Source: Planctomycetota bacterium (lineage in GTDB: Bacteria; Planctomycetota; UBA8108; SXIK01). Taken from it: DNA of 64,000 nt. The stretch's first letter is position 1, and each line of letters starts with the position of its first letter. The notes below the pieces were generated by a model. That model was not told where the DNA came from. It did not search any database and saw nothing but the letters and a program-made list of their open reading frames with translations. Below are positions 36,501 to 45,142 of the stretch, in pieces. The DNA lies in contig OZ244999.1 in the NCBI GenBank assembly GCA_965223265.1, positions 7,904,001 to 7,968,000 on the forward strand, read 5' to 3'. The position numbers and the translations under genes were made by a program.

Positions 36501-39104
36501 CCCGACACCGACCGGTGCAGCGGCGATCACGAACGCGCCGTCGGTGCCGGTCGTCACTGCAAGCCCTGGTTCTCCGGGCCATCCGACTAGGCGAACGCTC
36601 ACACCGGCGTACGGCTCGCCGCGCTCGTCTGCAACGAATCCTGACAAACTGGTATCGGTGGCGGCGCCCTGAGCTACGCCACGCAGGGTGAAACGAACGG
36701 GGTCGACTCCGGCACGCGAGGCCTGAATCGTGCTCGTGGACTCCTCGCCAGATGGCACCGAGGCGCGAACCGACGCAACGCCCATGGCGTCGGTCGTGCG
36801 CACAGTGAGGCGCACGCCGTCGATCAACGCCGGGCCGTCAATCACTCGGAAAGCGATGCTCTCGTCGGCAAGCTCGCTGCCGAACCGGTCGAGCACGCGC
36901 ACACCGAAAGCCTGCGGCGCCTCACCACCGAGCGCCGCCGTCTGATGCCGGGGTCCATGCGGCACGAGCACCGTGTCTAAACTTGGAATCACCTCGATGA
37001 CGTAGGACTTGGGGCTGGCGAGGACGCCGACAGCGCGTATCTCGACGACGTGGCTGGCGGCCCCAGCACCGACGCCCGGCGAGAGCGAGACCGACGCCTC
37101 CCCGGCGCCGTCCGTGTCCACCTCGGTGCGCCGTTCACCTCCCGGGAATGAGCCATCGCCGCCGAGCACATCGAAGATGACAGGGCGCCCAACAAGCGGC
37201 GTGCCCGCGGCGCTATCGAGACGCACCGCGAGCAACTGTGGCAAAGGCGTGCCCGCATTGACGGTGCGCACCGGTGCACCCAAGAGCACGATCGCCGGGG
37301 CAGGATCGTTGCCGCGGACGACACGGAGATTCCGTGCTGTCTCGTTGCCCCGCCCGTCCGTCGCAACCAGCGCCAGATCGTTCGTACCGATGGCGAGAGG
37401 AACGTCGACGGTGAACGTGTCTCCTGCGATCGCCGCGACCACACCAGCGACCGTCAAGTCGATCGCCGCGTTCTGGCGCGGCGCGCCGCCAAGGTCCCAT
37501 ACGCGGCCCGAGATGCGAACGTTCGTCTCTTCGGTGCTGTGCCCGGAGGGTGATTCCAGAGCTGTCGATGGGGGGAAGAGTACCTCGACGCGCGGCCCGG
37601 CTGTGTCGACCACGAGTGAGCGTGATGTGTGAGCCTTGAGTGTGCCGGACTGCGCGGTCGCGACGACGTCGTGGACGCCAGCTGGAAGAGAAAGCTCCAT
37701 CTGCCAGGTGCTGCCAGTGACCTGCGCGCTCAACCCATTCACCATCACGGCACTGCCAGACGGGGTCACGCTTCCCGACATCAGAATCTGACTGGAAGCG
37801 ACGACGATCGATGGATCGCCGGACGGCGTGTCGATCGTGATCACCGGCAAGGTGTCGTCGACGTCGACCGGAATCGAAAGCTCGCCACTGTTGCCGACGG
37901 GGTCGCGAGCCACGACGAGTATCGCTTGCGGTCCCGGCGCCAGACGCACGACGGCAGAGAAGCTGCCGGCACCATCGACGGTGGCCCGCACCCCGTTGAT
38001 GTCGACCGTTGCCGCCAGGTCGTCGACGTCTCCAATCACGGTGACGACACCGCTGAGAAGATTCGCCCCCGCCGTCGGCTGGCTCACGGTCAAACCGGGA
38101 GGTGTCGTGTCCGGATCCGAGACGAGCGCCGGCTCGAGTGTGGGCAACGGCTCACCGGTGATCGGGTCCGTCACTTCGCCAGGTTCGACGCGGACGACCC
38201 GAACGGTCTCCACAGCGCTGCCCATGGCATTGGTCGCCTCGACGACGATGTCGCTATCGCCAAGCGCGACGTCGATGAGTGTGGAGAACGAGCCTTCGTG
38301 CGCCACGGGCGTCCCGTTGACCGTCAGCGCCGCGTCGGCGTCGGAGACGACGCCAGAGACGAGGACCATAGCCGAGGAGACTTCGGCGCCGTTGGGAGGG
38401 GAGACCACGTCGAGTAGTGGGGCTCCATCGGCGCCGGCGCGCACGCGCACCGTCACCTCAGTTTCGACGGTGCGAAAGAGCACTGACACCACCGCCTCGC
38501 CGACTCCTGTCGCGGTCAAGACTCCGAGCGCGTCGATCTGAACGACCTCCGGTTGCGTGCTCGAAAACGACACCGTCTCGAGGTCTTCCACCGGCGTCGT
38601 CGTGCCCTCGTCGTCAACCGCAACGATGCTCAAATGCAGCGTCTCGCCGACGACGTGAAAGATCACCTCACCTGGGACGACAAGAAGCTCCGCGGGAGGG
38701 TCGCGGCCGTTTTCGCACGGCAGATCAAGTAGCGGGTCGGTCGTCGGGTCGACCCCGAGCCCGGGATGCGGCGGTGGCGGCGCCGGGCTGTTGCTCACGA
38801 AGAGCCAATTGAGAAGATAAATGCCGTCGGAGATGTCGAGATTCTCCGAATCGTTCGCGTCGCACGCGTCGGAGCATGCGACCGGGTCAACGTTGCCGAC
38901 AAAGAGAAAATTGAGTAGGAAGATCGCGTCGCTGATGTCGACGTCATTACTGTCGTTGCAATCGGCACGCACGAACACTCCCTGCGCCTCGACCGTCAAA
39001 GGCGTGGCCCAAAGAGCCAGCAGCAGCGCGGCGAAGCTGAAGCGCTGCAGAAGTCTCAGCCCAACAAACTTTTTCGACGCAGCGGGGCGCGCACCCGCCG
39101 ACAC
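30561..39104 (-). CDS. Giant secreted RHS/YD-repeat protein with N-terminal dockerin-like domain, tandem Ig-like domains, carboxypeptidase-regulatory-like domain, DUF6531 and RHS core
   Basis: Signal peptide ending VEA|Q; FVRADCND...DISDAI..L.FLF...DACDAND...DISDG; DUF6531-like SGEFYL...DL.IPGRGL...R.Y.S...LGHNW.H; many YD repeats; RHS core YDAYG...ARHFDPQIGRYLTPD. Start uncertain (ORF open to 39299; GTG 39104 chosen). Confidence 0.9.
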   Translation of the reverse strand: MSAGARPAASKKFVGLRLLQRFSFAALLLALWATPLTVEAQGVFVRADCNDSNDVDISDAIFLLNFLFVGNVDPVACSDACDANDSENLDISDGIYLLNWLFVSNSPAPPPPHPGLGVDPTTDPLLDLPCENGRDPPAELLVVPGEVIFHVVGETLHLSIVAVDDEGTTTPVEDLETVSFSSTQPEVVQIDALGVLTATGVGEAVVSVLFRTVETEVTVRVRAGADGAPLLDVVSPPNGAEVSSAMVLVSGVVSDADAALTVNGTPVAHEGSFSTLIDVALGDSDIVVEATNAMGSAVETVRVVRVEPGEVTDPITGEPLPTLEPALVSDPDTTPPGLTVSQPTAGANLLSGVVTVIGDVDDLAATVDINGVRATVDGAGSFSAVVRLAPGPQAILVVARDPVGNSGELSIPVDVDDTLPVITIDTPSGDPSIVVASSQILMSGSVTPSGSAVMVNGLSAQVTGSTWQMELSLPAGVHDVVATAQSGTLKAHTSRSLVVDTAGPRVEVLFPPSTALESPSGHSTEETNVRISGRVWDLGGAPRQNAAIDLTVAGVVAAIAGDTFTVDVPLAIGTNDLALVATDGRGNETARNLRVVRGNDPAPAIVLLGAPVRTVNAGTPLPQLLAVRLDSAAGTPLVGRPVIFDVLGGDGSFPGGERRTEVDTDGAGEASVSLSPGVGAGAASHVVEIRAVGVLASPKSYVIEVIPSLDTVLVPHGPRHQTAALGGEAPQAFGVRVLDRFGSELADESIAFRVIDGPALIDGVRLTVRTTDAMGVASVRASVPSGEESTSTIQASRAGVDPVRFTLRGVAQGAATDTSLSGFVADERGEPYAGVSVRLVGWPGEPGLAVTTGTDGAFVIAAAPVGVGLVEVGDPTETFGSRFRAETIAGRSNWVGQLSLERSQVDSPRRRSVSLFPGRDVLATLEAVPGLRFELAAGGATLPGGADAMTIALSAPHLDALPGRVSDALHPLGAISILPVQVQLTGLELALPQLHARAGELVPLFEYRAAHGGFVEMQPGLVSDDRLAVRLLDSAQVSTGGFYIASRRGPPLGEVGSVSGGFRFARPGWNEVGARSASHVAGFQVYSHSGEFYLDEIDLEIPGRGLPYRLRRRYESRHRFEASLGHNWEHEYEDRRLLSAFVPGNVVRADGAGRFDEFLLDSSSGSFVSPIGVFARLFVDSEGFYVERLSDGTRYRYHPLDATGTAGRLESISDRSGNQLTFARGGDGLIDTVRDTLGRTIVYQHDSRGRVESVTDFTGRSVVFEYDSRGDLVAVTRPAVVGTPSGNDFPAGKRTEYIYTTGFADERSNHNLTQIIDPRQTSSTDLPRVTVLYEDDPSAAAFDRVVTQQWGGTNDSGVAVSGSVEFAYELFGGGSSGAESDSAAELESFLLGAQGMTTITTDEGFVTEFTWSGAGLPLEERVITSPTLDAVRPRDPSRAQPPPGVAPPFYATRWQWSREGLLLARTDPGGERVVFTYDESAPLRSAQNGLVREERHGAPGAASLGLDSTPSVAVKTYRRDPLYGVAIEVVPPRGNAAGAVAGDFRRTFFMDYQEGASVAQLAMIAGASDEQMAAALAHAGVALGLGDLNGDGSEVLVHGNIVREVLPPTPRPDGSSAESVRQTRFNAFGQVTRTEDADGRSLRYEYHPENDPEGDGSTTPGGDLDGSTGGFLARRIVEDASELVTSFDYDVWGFLARVVDPQGNERFLVHNALGQLVEERLPVPLRYRRQFLYDADDHLELVQLENFSATDAGVSFLVSDNRWLETSAEYDLLGRPVRIVREVFGGEDGVVESVTVELRYNRAGRLVELQNLAAGRNDAWTHDERGLVVQHARGVGSPEEDAVTFLRDAAGRVVETIDAADLDGDGEAERKREVRDGFGRVIAAVDALGSTHLFARDVEGHVTDEFFFGTAGGESPTGAATGGAPTDFGRVLLERGASSYDARGRVAESVAWRFGALDLAANPVTESHRRQFWYDDSDRVVREDDSAAGVSEWAYDAAGRLEEARSGGVSRTTYVRDANGNAVREVRELLTPDVLATPGIDDPDYDVSGQFRETQNIVRIFDELNRLKVLVDPAGGVWRQRFDSAGNRLLISDAKGSSLNVENDPELAPHESLLSAVQLAQLNATGNRLRFRYDNLRRPVLAQHELRRDGEGGASLDTTNPFNRDGLIEETYEYDDDGRLAAWTDDTGRRVDLTYNAAGRVQRKTWEDGSFADYERDADGTVRAIVDGNGTRFEHTFDAGGRVVERRVERAAGISGTTLQRFQYDGLGRPTFFFDNNDPDDQSDDASVQVAYDSFGNVVSELVGNRSVEAHHNLTGARLWLRYPDGRVVTAARDSLNRVTGLEDSSVPLASYRHFGSGLLREKSLWNGVGVAFVRPDGDGIDRMFGYDAAGELVEITYSTAGGELLRSFEYGRDRSGFREYELPLHSAELRGDVWRYDSTYFLKSFFPNVFNPRSPPAAPLEKIVFFTDGNFNWRFLEVDFSIVRIAVSELRDFYIDIDEEEFFTYDGAGNFVGTDAVDFVYDAFGRLLDVQRDGVSVARSKYDAYGCHDAARFRGRGRRTAKNVIVPVNFRQPTGELAFLHFGDDLIEERRGGSVRQYIFEELYKRSGEVERRPAFRVFRPEAGAAFTEALIHDSSDSVSAVLGADAAIIESVAYDAYGKPTVRNAVGSPLAFSTVENVVTFGSHYHDFEVGMHLVGARHFDPQIGRYLTPDDGVFPTRLGLNAYLQPRVRGLAGRLGGVSRRLQADYLEPFRMNVVSKHDILGACLDGAAGPCEITGADVRARLFELYPLGGSAERSSVASNARGGVQPRSHAPASTSFNCKTSETSGIPCQPVRDRDSQQGFAP

Positions 39105-39728
39105 GCAGCCGGTGATGCCAAGGCGCTCGATACTCTCCGGCGGTGCGCTCTGCGTCGCACTGCTTCGCCATGTTCGAGAGACGACGGGCTGGACCCAAAC
39201 GTTGTGCACAACTTTTCGCGGCACGCTAGCGCCCAGAGCTCTCACGGCGGCGAGAGATCCTCGACTTGAGCGCTGCGACAGACATGCCGTAAGGATCACG
39301 GCGACGTCTTTGCTCGCGTCCTGTTAAGTCAATTTGTCGACGGAGAGTGTGGGAAAGAGACGAACGACCCAAAGGCCGCCATTTTACCCGCCAGGTGCTG
39401 AAATAGCTGCTCTCACCCGCCATGCCCGGCGCGTCCTCGCGTGCGGCGCGGGGGCGCACCGGGAGCGCGCCTCGTTCGTGGACGAATCTTGTTGTCCAAG
39501 GGCTTACGCTGCCGTAGGATACGTCGTGTCGTGCAGTCCCCGACCTCTGCGTCCGGGCGGCCTAGGCGGCACCGAACGAAAAACGTACGCTCTAAGGTCA
39601 CGCGAACGGCGCCGGTACACCTGCAAAGGTGGACCTGGACGCGGGGTCACGTGCGTGTCTATGGGCGCGTCAGAAGTGAACTGAAGAAAAACAACTGCAG
39701 AAGCTGTCGACAGGACGACGGCTGCTAA

Positions 39729-39797
39729 CAGCCTGTTGAAAAAGTGCTTCGAGCCGAAAACTGGTCTCTTCGGCCGAATGACTTTTTCAACGGGCTG
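39729..39797. mobile_element. 69-bp MITE with 17-bp terminal inverted repeats and CTAA target-site duplication
   Basis: CAGCCTGTTGAAAAAGT / ACTTTTTCAACGGGCTG (16/17 match), flanked by direct CTAA at 39725-39728 and 39798-39801. Confidence 0.8.
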
Positions 39798-40025
39798 CTA
39801 AACCGAAGAGAAGAGAACGATCGCGGCGGCCACAGCGTCGTCGCGAGAGAGGACCCAAGAGTTTGGGGAGTCGTCTGCTCCCAGCGGCACGTGCCCTCAC
39901 TGCGAGGCTCTCATCGCGAGGCGGCGCGGCAAGCTTGGCGGACGTCTATTCAGGCTACGGCGGCCGCAGCTCATGGGTAACCGCGAGCGGTAAACCGTCG
40001 TGGATGGCAAGCAAAGGGACGAGGG

Positions 40026-43000
40026 ATGGTCAAAGCGAAAGCGCGCATCGGCCTGGAGCCGAAGATCGACGGTGTTGATTGCGTCGAGCGTGTCGCACAC
40101 GGACCGAACGCGGACCTGTTTCGGGCTCGCGTCGGCCGCCGTACTGTAGCGGTCAAGCTCTTCGCCGGCGAAAACATTGACCGGGACACCCTGTCAAAGT
40201 TCGTGCGCGGAGGCGAAACGGCCGTGCGCCATCCGAATCTTCTCCCAGTCCTGGACGTCGGCGTCGATGGGCGCGGCCGGCCATTCTACACCATGCCGCT
40301 GATCTCTGGAGATCCACTCAGCGCGGTGCTGGCGGCACGCAGCGGTGAGAGGCGGACGGCGCCATCGCTTTCTCCTCTCAGCTTGACGCCCTCGCCGGCG
40401 CACATGGCTACCATCGCACGGGAAGCAGCCGCGCTGTTCGCGGATGCTCTCGACGGACTTGAGATTGCTCACGCTGCAGGCGTCGCTCATGGCCGGCTGC
40501 ACCCGGGGAACTTAATCCTCACGCCTGCCGGCCGTTTGGTGATCACAGACTTCGGCCGCGCGGCAGCCAAAAAAGGCGCGACGACGGCTGGCGACCATGC
40601 GGCGCGCGTGCTCGCTGACATCCATGCCGTCGGCGTCGCGCTCGCTCGCGTCGTCGAGGCGGAATCCACACCCGACGGCGATAGCGCCGACGAGCGTCGC
40701 GACGGGCGTGACAGACCATCCGGCACGGTGACTGCGGGCGTTCCCGACTCCCTGCTGGCATGCATCGCCAAGGCGTCGGCAACAGACCCGGAGCAGCGCT
40801 ACCACAGCGCCGCCGCATTCGCCGCTGATTTGCGGCGTTTTCTTCGTCACGAACAGCCTCTTGCCTGCTTCGAGTCCTTCGCCGCGCAGATCGACGCGGT
40901 GGACGCGTCGACCGCGGCCGAATCGCAAGAGGCTGGAAGCCGCGACGGCGCTGCTTCGACCTCATCTCCGACTGTTGCACGCCGCAACCGCCTCGCGTCG
41001 CAGCTCGCCGAGCGCGACATCGCTTTGAAACAGGATCGAAAGACGCAGAGTCGGGGAACGGAAACGGAGGCAGAAGAGAGAAACGGAGACGCTAGCGCGG
41101 CTGCTTGCGACAGCGAGCGCAGTCACGACAGACGCTCGCATGACGAACTGATGGCTCGCGAGCGCGCCGCGCTCAACGCTGAAAAAGATGAAATCCGTCG
41201 CCGGGAAGATCGCCTGCGCAAAGCTGAGGTCGACCTCGGCGCGGCGCGCGCGGCGGTGATTGAAGCGGCGAACGAGAACGACGAGCTCCGCGACGAGCTC
41301 GAGGCGGCGCGGCGCGACCTCAGTGCCACCATGGAGCAGATGGACGTCGACTCCAGGCCGGAACAGTTCGCCGCGCCAAAGCGGGTGTCATTTGAATCCG
41401 CAAGCCGTGCGCGCCGTATGCCGGAAGAGGAGAGTGGCGACGCGAGGCTCTCGAGCGAGGCGACTCTCAGCCCCTACTCGCCGGCACTGCCGTCGCCGCC
41501 ACTGCGGCGCAAACTCGCATGGTGTGGCGCGATCGCCATCCTCTTTGTTGCCGCGGCGTTTGCCGGCAAGACGTTTTCGGCGTACAAAAAAGACCGCGAC
41601 GTTGCGGCGAGCCTCGAGAGTCTACAGCTCCGTCTTGCGGCTGGTGACTTCGCATCAGCGCGGAGCAAAGCCTACGACGTGCGCGACGATCGCCTGCGCT
41701 TGCCGCTCACAGAGCTCGTGAGCGCTGCCGCGGCTTCGAAGACTCTCGAAGACGCGATGGCCTCCGTGATCGCCGAGCGGCCGGCCGATGCCGCCCTGCA
41801 CCTCCGCAACCACGAAGCGCGAGGTGCGGGTCCGTCCGCGGCCTGGGAAGACTACGCGACGCATCTCGAAAGTGTTGCTCGCGAGAGAGCTCGAGATCCG
41901 GTCGAGGTCGGCTTGGACGCGACGAGCCTCAGCCGGCGGCTCGGCGCCTTGGCGATGCTGGAGCAGGAGATTCGCTCCGGCGGCAGGCAGTCGCTCGATG
42001 CGCTTCTGGCACTCCGCGCTCTCGACACACGCCAGCCGCAGCTCTGTCGCCACGCCCTAGCAGTACTCGCACATGCGCCGACAAGTCGACCGATCGTCGA
42101 CGCCCTCGATCTCCGGTCAAACGCCCCGGCAGTACACCTCGACGCCGGAACATTCGCGGCACTCTTCACCGCGTTGGAGGCGATCGGCGACGCCGATGCC
42201 ATCGCTCTGTTTTGTTCGTGGTCACTTCACGAGGTGCGCGCGCTGGAGCGACCTGATACGCAGATTCACCTGCGACCCAATCTGTACGTGACGTCAACCA
42301 AAGTAACGGCCGAGCGCCTCCGCGAGCGTTGGGTCCGCTTCATCGCGGCCCATGATCCAGCCGAGTTGGTGCTGCGAGCAGATGAGTTGCGTGACCATCC
42401 GGAACTCTTCCCAACGGTCATCCAAGTGATCGCGGCGTCGCAAGCAGCGGATGCAGATCGGACGCTCGCTCGCATTGCTCGACTGGACCTGCGGAGCGCT
42501 GGCCAGGCTTCGCTCGAGGGACTCGCTCGACTCGGGGCGACCGATCAGCTCTTGGAGTTTGCCATGGGCGCCTACCCTGTCGCCTTTAGACTGGCAGCCA
42601 TCGACACGATCCGTCGTGGATTTCTCGGCTCCTGCTTCAACGAGATACGAGCACTTGCACTGACAAGCCCGAGCAACGATGTGCGCACGGCGGCGTTCAA
42701 TGCCCTCCGCGAACACAGCCATGCAGCAGCGGTCGAAGTGATCCCGCGGGCGATCGACGATCTCGTGCTGAGGTCCACAGCGCTTGAATGGCTCAGCAGC
42801 CTACCACAGCGGCAGAGCGTCGCGATCGCGTCCAAGCTGCTGGGTCACGACCAACGGCTGGTGCGACAAGCCGCGAGCGACGTCCTCCGAGCAGCGACGC
42901 CGTTACGGGCGGCAGCGCCGTTGGCAACCCATCTTTTCGATCGTCGCACTTGGATTCGCAACGACGCGCGGCGGATGATTCTCGACAAGGCCGATGAACT

Positions 43001-43190
43001 GAAGACGAGCCACGACCTCCTGGGCGTACCGCTGGCCGCGGGGCTGCGCATCATGGCGACGCTGGCGGACGAAGACTATGGCACAGCCGAGCGAGTGCGC
43101 GAAGCGGCGGCGATCGCGCACGACGCAAAGAGCGCCTGGATTCGCGATTTCATTCGGCGCGGCAGCGCGTGGAGCACGAGCGCGCGGTGA
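40026..43190 (+). CDS. Membrane Ser/Thr pseudokinase with coiled coil, TM helix and C-terminal HEAT-like helical repeats
   Basis: VAVK, RHPNLLPV and DFG present, but catalytic loop reads HGRLHPGN; coiled coil near aa 375-440; TM LAWCGAIAILFVAAAFAG; VR.AA repeats at the C-terminus. Confidence 0.75.
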   Translation: MVKAKARIGLEPKIDGVDCVERVAHGPNADLFRARVGRRTVAVKLFAGENIDRDTLSKFVRGGETAVRHPNLLPVLDVGVDGRGRPFYTMPLISGDPLSAVLAARSGERRTAPSLSPLSLTPSPAHMATIAREAAALFADALDGLEIAHAAGVAHGRLHPGNLILTPAGRLVITDFGRAAAKKGATTAGDHAARVLADIHAVGVALARVVEAESTPDGDSADERRDGRDRPSGTVTAGVPDSLLACIAKASATDPEQRYHSAAAFAADLRRFLRHEQPLACFESFAAQIDAVDASTAAESQEAGSRDGAASTSSPTVARRNRLASQLAERDIALKQDRKTQSRGTETEAEERNGDASAAACDSERSHDRRSHDELMARERAALNAEKDEIRRREDRLRKAEVDLGAARAAVIEAANENDELRDELEAARRDLSATMEQMDVDSRPEQFAAPKRVSFESASRARRMPEEESGDARLSSEATLSPYSPALPSPPLRRKLAWCGAIAILFVAAAFAGKTFSAYKKDRDVAASLESLQLRLAAGDFASARSKAYDVRDDRLRLPLTELVSAAAASKTLEDAMASVIAERPADAALHLRNHEARGAGPSAAWEDYATHLESVARERARDPVEVGLDATSLSRRLGALAMLEQEIRSGGRQSLDALLALRALDTRQPQLCRHALAVLAHAPTSRPIVDALDLRSNAPAVHLDAGTFAALFTALEAIGDADAIALFCSWSLHEVRALERPDTQIHLRPNLYVTSTKVTAERLRERWVRFIAAHDPAELVLRADELRDHPELFPTVIQVIAASQAADADRTLARIARLDLRSAGQASLEGLARLGATDQLLEFAMGAYPVAFRLAAIDTIRRGFLGSCFNEIRALALTSPSNDVRTAAFNALREHSHAAAVEVIPRAIDDLVLRSTALEWLSSLPQRQSVAIASKLLGHDQRLVRQAASDVLRAATPLRAAAPLATHLFDRRTWIRNDARRMILDKADELKTSHDLLGVPLAAGLRIMATLADEDYGTAERVREAAAIAHDAKSAWIRDFIRRGSAWSTSAR

Positions 43191-43344
43191 AGCGAAGGGG
43201 ACGCCGGCGATCTCGCCAGGGGCTCGCTGGACCGCAGAGTCGAGAAGGGAAGAAGAAAGAACGGCAGCTGGACGCTATGCTATCTGGTCGCGTTAGATGC
43301 TTTTCGTCACCGTCGGGCGCACCCGCTCATTGCACGAGCTTCGT

Positions 43345-43968
43345 ATGACCAAGACCTGTACCCCGTCGAGGCTCACCTGCCTCGTACTCTTCCTCGTCGC
43401 TGCAGTCGTCGTGACCACGGTTGACCTCTGGTCGAAGCACGCTGTGTTCGAGTTTCTGCAGGTTGAGACGATCGACCCGGCTGGGCTTCCGTACGTCTCG
43501 CCGTACACGCAGACCCCATACGAGATCTGGCCAAACTTCTTCTGGCTCGAAGCCAACTACAATCACGGTGCTTTCAGCGGCTGGTTCTCCGGTCACACCC
43601 GGACGCTCGCGGTTGTTTCCGTCGTTGCACTTCTGATCATCCTCGCGGTTTTTCTCTACTCGCTGCGTCGAGGTGGGGTTCCAGAACGACTGTTTGCGCT
43701 CTCTATGGGACTCCTGTGGGGCGGCGCCGCCGGCAACCTCTACGACCGCGCCATGCTCGGGGGTGTACGCGACTGGATCCGTTGGCATGTGCGCATCGAC
43801 GGCGAGTACCCCTTAAACTCGTGGCGCATCAACCCTTGGCCGAACTTCAACGTCGCCGACGCGGCGATCTGTGTTGGTGTCGCGCTGCTCATACTTCGCG
43901 AGATTCGCGTCGCACGGCAGAAGCGCTCGCAAACTCAGTCGGCGGAGACGGAATCAAATCCTTGTTGA
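43345..43968 (+). CDS. lspA: Lipoprotein signal peptidase II
   Basis: DLWSK, N.GAFSG, GGAAGNLYDR, GVRDWI, PNFNVADAAI. Start trimmed to ATG 43345. Confidence 0.92.
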   Translation: MTKTCTPSRLTCLVLFLVAAVVVTTVDLWSKHAVFEFLQVETIDPAGLPYVSPYTQTPYEIWPNFFWLEANYNHGAFSGWFSGHTRTLAVVSVVALLIILAVFLYSLRRGGVPERLFALSMGLLWGGAAGNLYDRAMLGGVRDWIRWHVRIDGEYPLNSWRINPWPNFNVADAAICVGVALLILREIRVARQKRSQTQSAETESNPC

Positions 43969-44008
43969 TCGGCGACCGGCATCCTCTCGAGGCGCGCGGC
44001 ACGGGAGG

Positions 44009-45142
44009 TCATTCCACCCAGTCAGCTAAGAAAACGTTCGTGTCGTGCGGCTGACGGTTGAATCTGTTGGACGCCCAAACGAGCTGTTTCCCATCGGGAG
44101 AAAACATCGGAAAGCCGTCGAAGCTCTCGTAGTAGGTGACACGCTCGAGATCGCTGCCGTCGACGTTGATGAGGTAGAGGTCGAAGTTCCGCCCCTTCGG
44201 GTCCCCCACATTCGACGCGAAGATGATCTTCTCACCGGACGGATGAAAGAAGGGGCAAAAGTTCGCCGCTCCGTTGCTGGTAACCTGAGTGACGCCGCTA
44301 CCGTCCACGTTGGCGACGAAGATCTCCAACTGACTCGGCTCTACTAGCCCCTGCTGAAGTAAACCCTGATACTTGTCGATCTCTTCTTGGGTCTTCGGTC
44401 GACTCGCTCGGTAGCAGAGCTTGGTCCCATCCGGCGAGAAAAACGCGCCGCCATCGTAACCGAGCTCGTCGGTGACTCGCCGCTGGTTGCTGCCATCGGC
44501 ATTCATGACGTAGAGCTCGAGGTCCCCGTCGCGGACCGACGTGAACACGATGAGACGACCGTCGCGCGACACCGTCGCCTCGGCGTCGTAGCCGGGCGTC
44601 GCAGTCAGACGACGGAGGTCCGATCCATCCGGATTGGCGCTGAAGACATCGTAGGACGGATAGATCGGCCAGACATATCCCTGCGTGCGCGGGGGCGGTA
44701 GCGGACACTTCTCATCACCGAGATGCGTCGACGCGTAGACGATGCGCGAATCATCCGGATAGAAGTAGGAGCACGTCGTTCGGCCCTTTCCTGTCGACAC
44801 CATACGCCGCTCCGAACCGTCGATCCGCATGGTGAAGATCTGATCGCAGCCAAGATCGCCGTGCGTCGACTGAAAGATCAGCCGCTGGCCGTCGCCGGAA
44901 AAATAGGCTTCTGCGTTCTCGCCCTCGAACGTCAGTTGGCGCAGGTTCCGCAAGCGGGTTTCACCGGCCTCGGCGGCAAGCGCCCCAGCTGAGGAGGAAG
45001 TGGACTCGAGGCTATCGCTACTGCCGCACGCGGCGAGGCCCAAACAGCCCGCGACCCACACCACCGCAGCGACCAGTCGCAGCAATTTCCGGGGATTCGA
45101 TGCCAACGATGCGACGGCGATGTTTCGAGACGAGATCGTCAT
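44009..45142 (-). CDS. TolB-like PD40 beta-propeller lipoprotein
   Basis: Lipobox LAAC; GENAEAYFS, GRTTCSYF, GYDAEAT, GYDGGAFFSPDG, FDGFPMFSPDG. Confidence 0.88.
   Translation of the reverse strand: MTISSRNIAVASLASNPRKLLRLVAAVVWVAGCLGLAACGSSDSLESTSSSAGALAAEAGETRLRNLRQLTFEGENAEAYFSGDGQRLIFQSTHGDLGCDQIFTMRIDGSERRMVSTGKGRTTCSYFYPDDSRIVYASTHLGDEKCPLPPPRTQGYVWPIYPSYDVFSANPDGSDLRRLTATPGYDAEATVSRDGRLIVFTSVRDGDLELYVMNADGSNQRRVTDELGYDGGAFFSPDGTKLCYRASRPKTQEEIDKYQGLLQQGLVEPSQLEIFVANVDGSGVTQVTSNGAANFCPFFHPSGEKIIFASNVGDPKGRNFDLYLINVDGSDLERVTYYESFDGFPMFSPDGKQLVWASNRFNRQPHDTNVFLADWVE

Noticed and set aside
39334-39728. Short ORFs in the RHS/pseudokinase intergenic region
   Set aside because: No motifs, RBS or convincing coding character.
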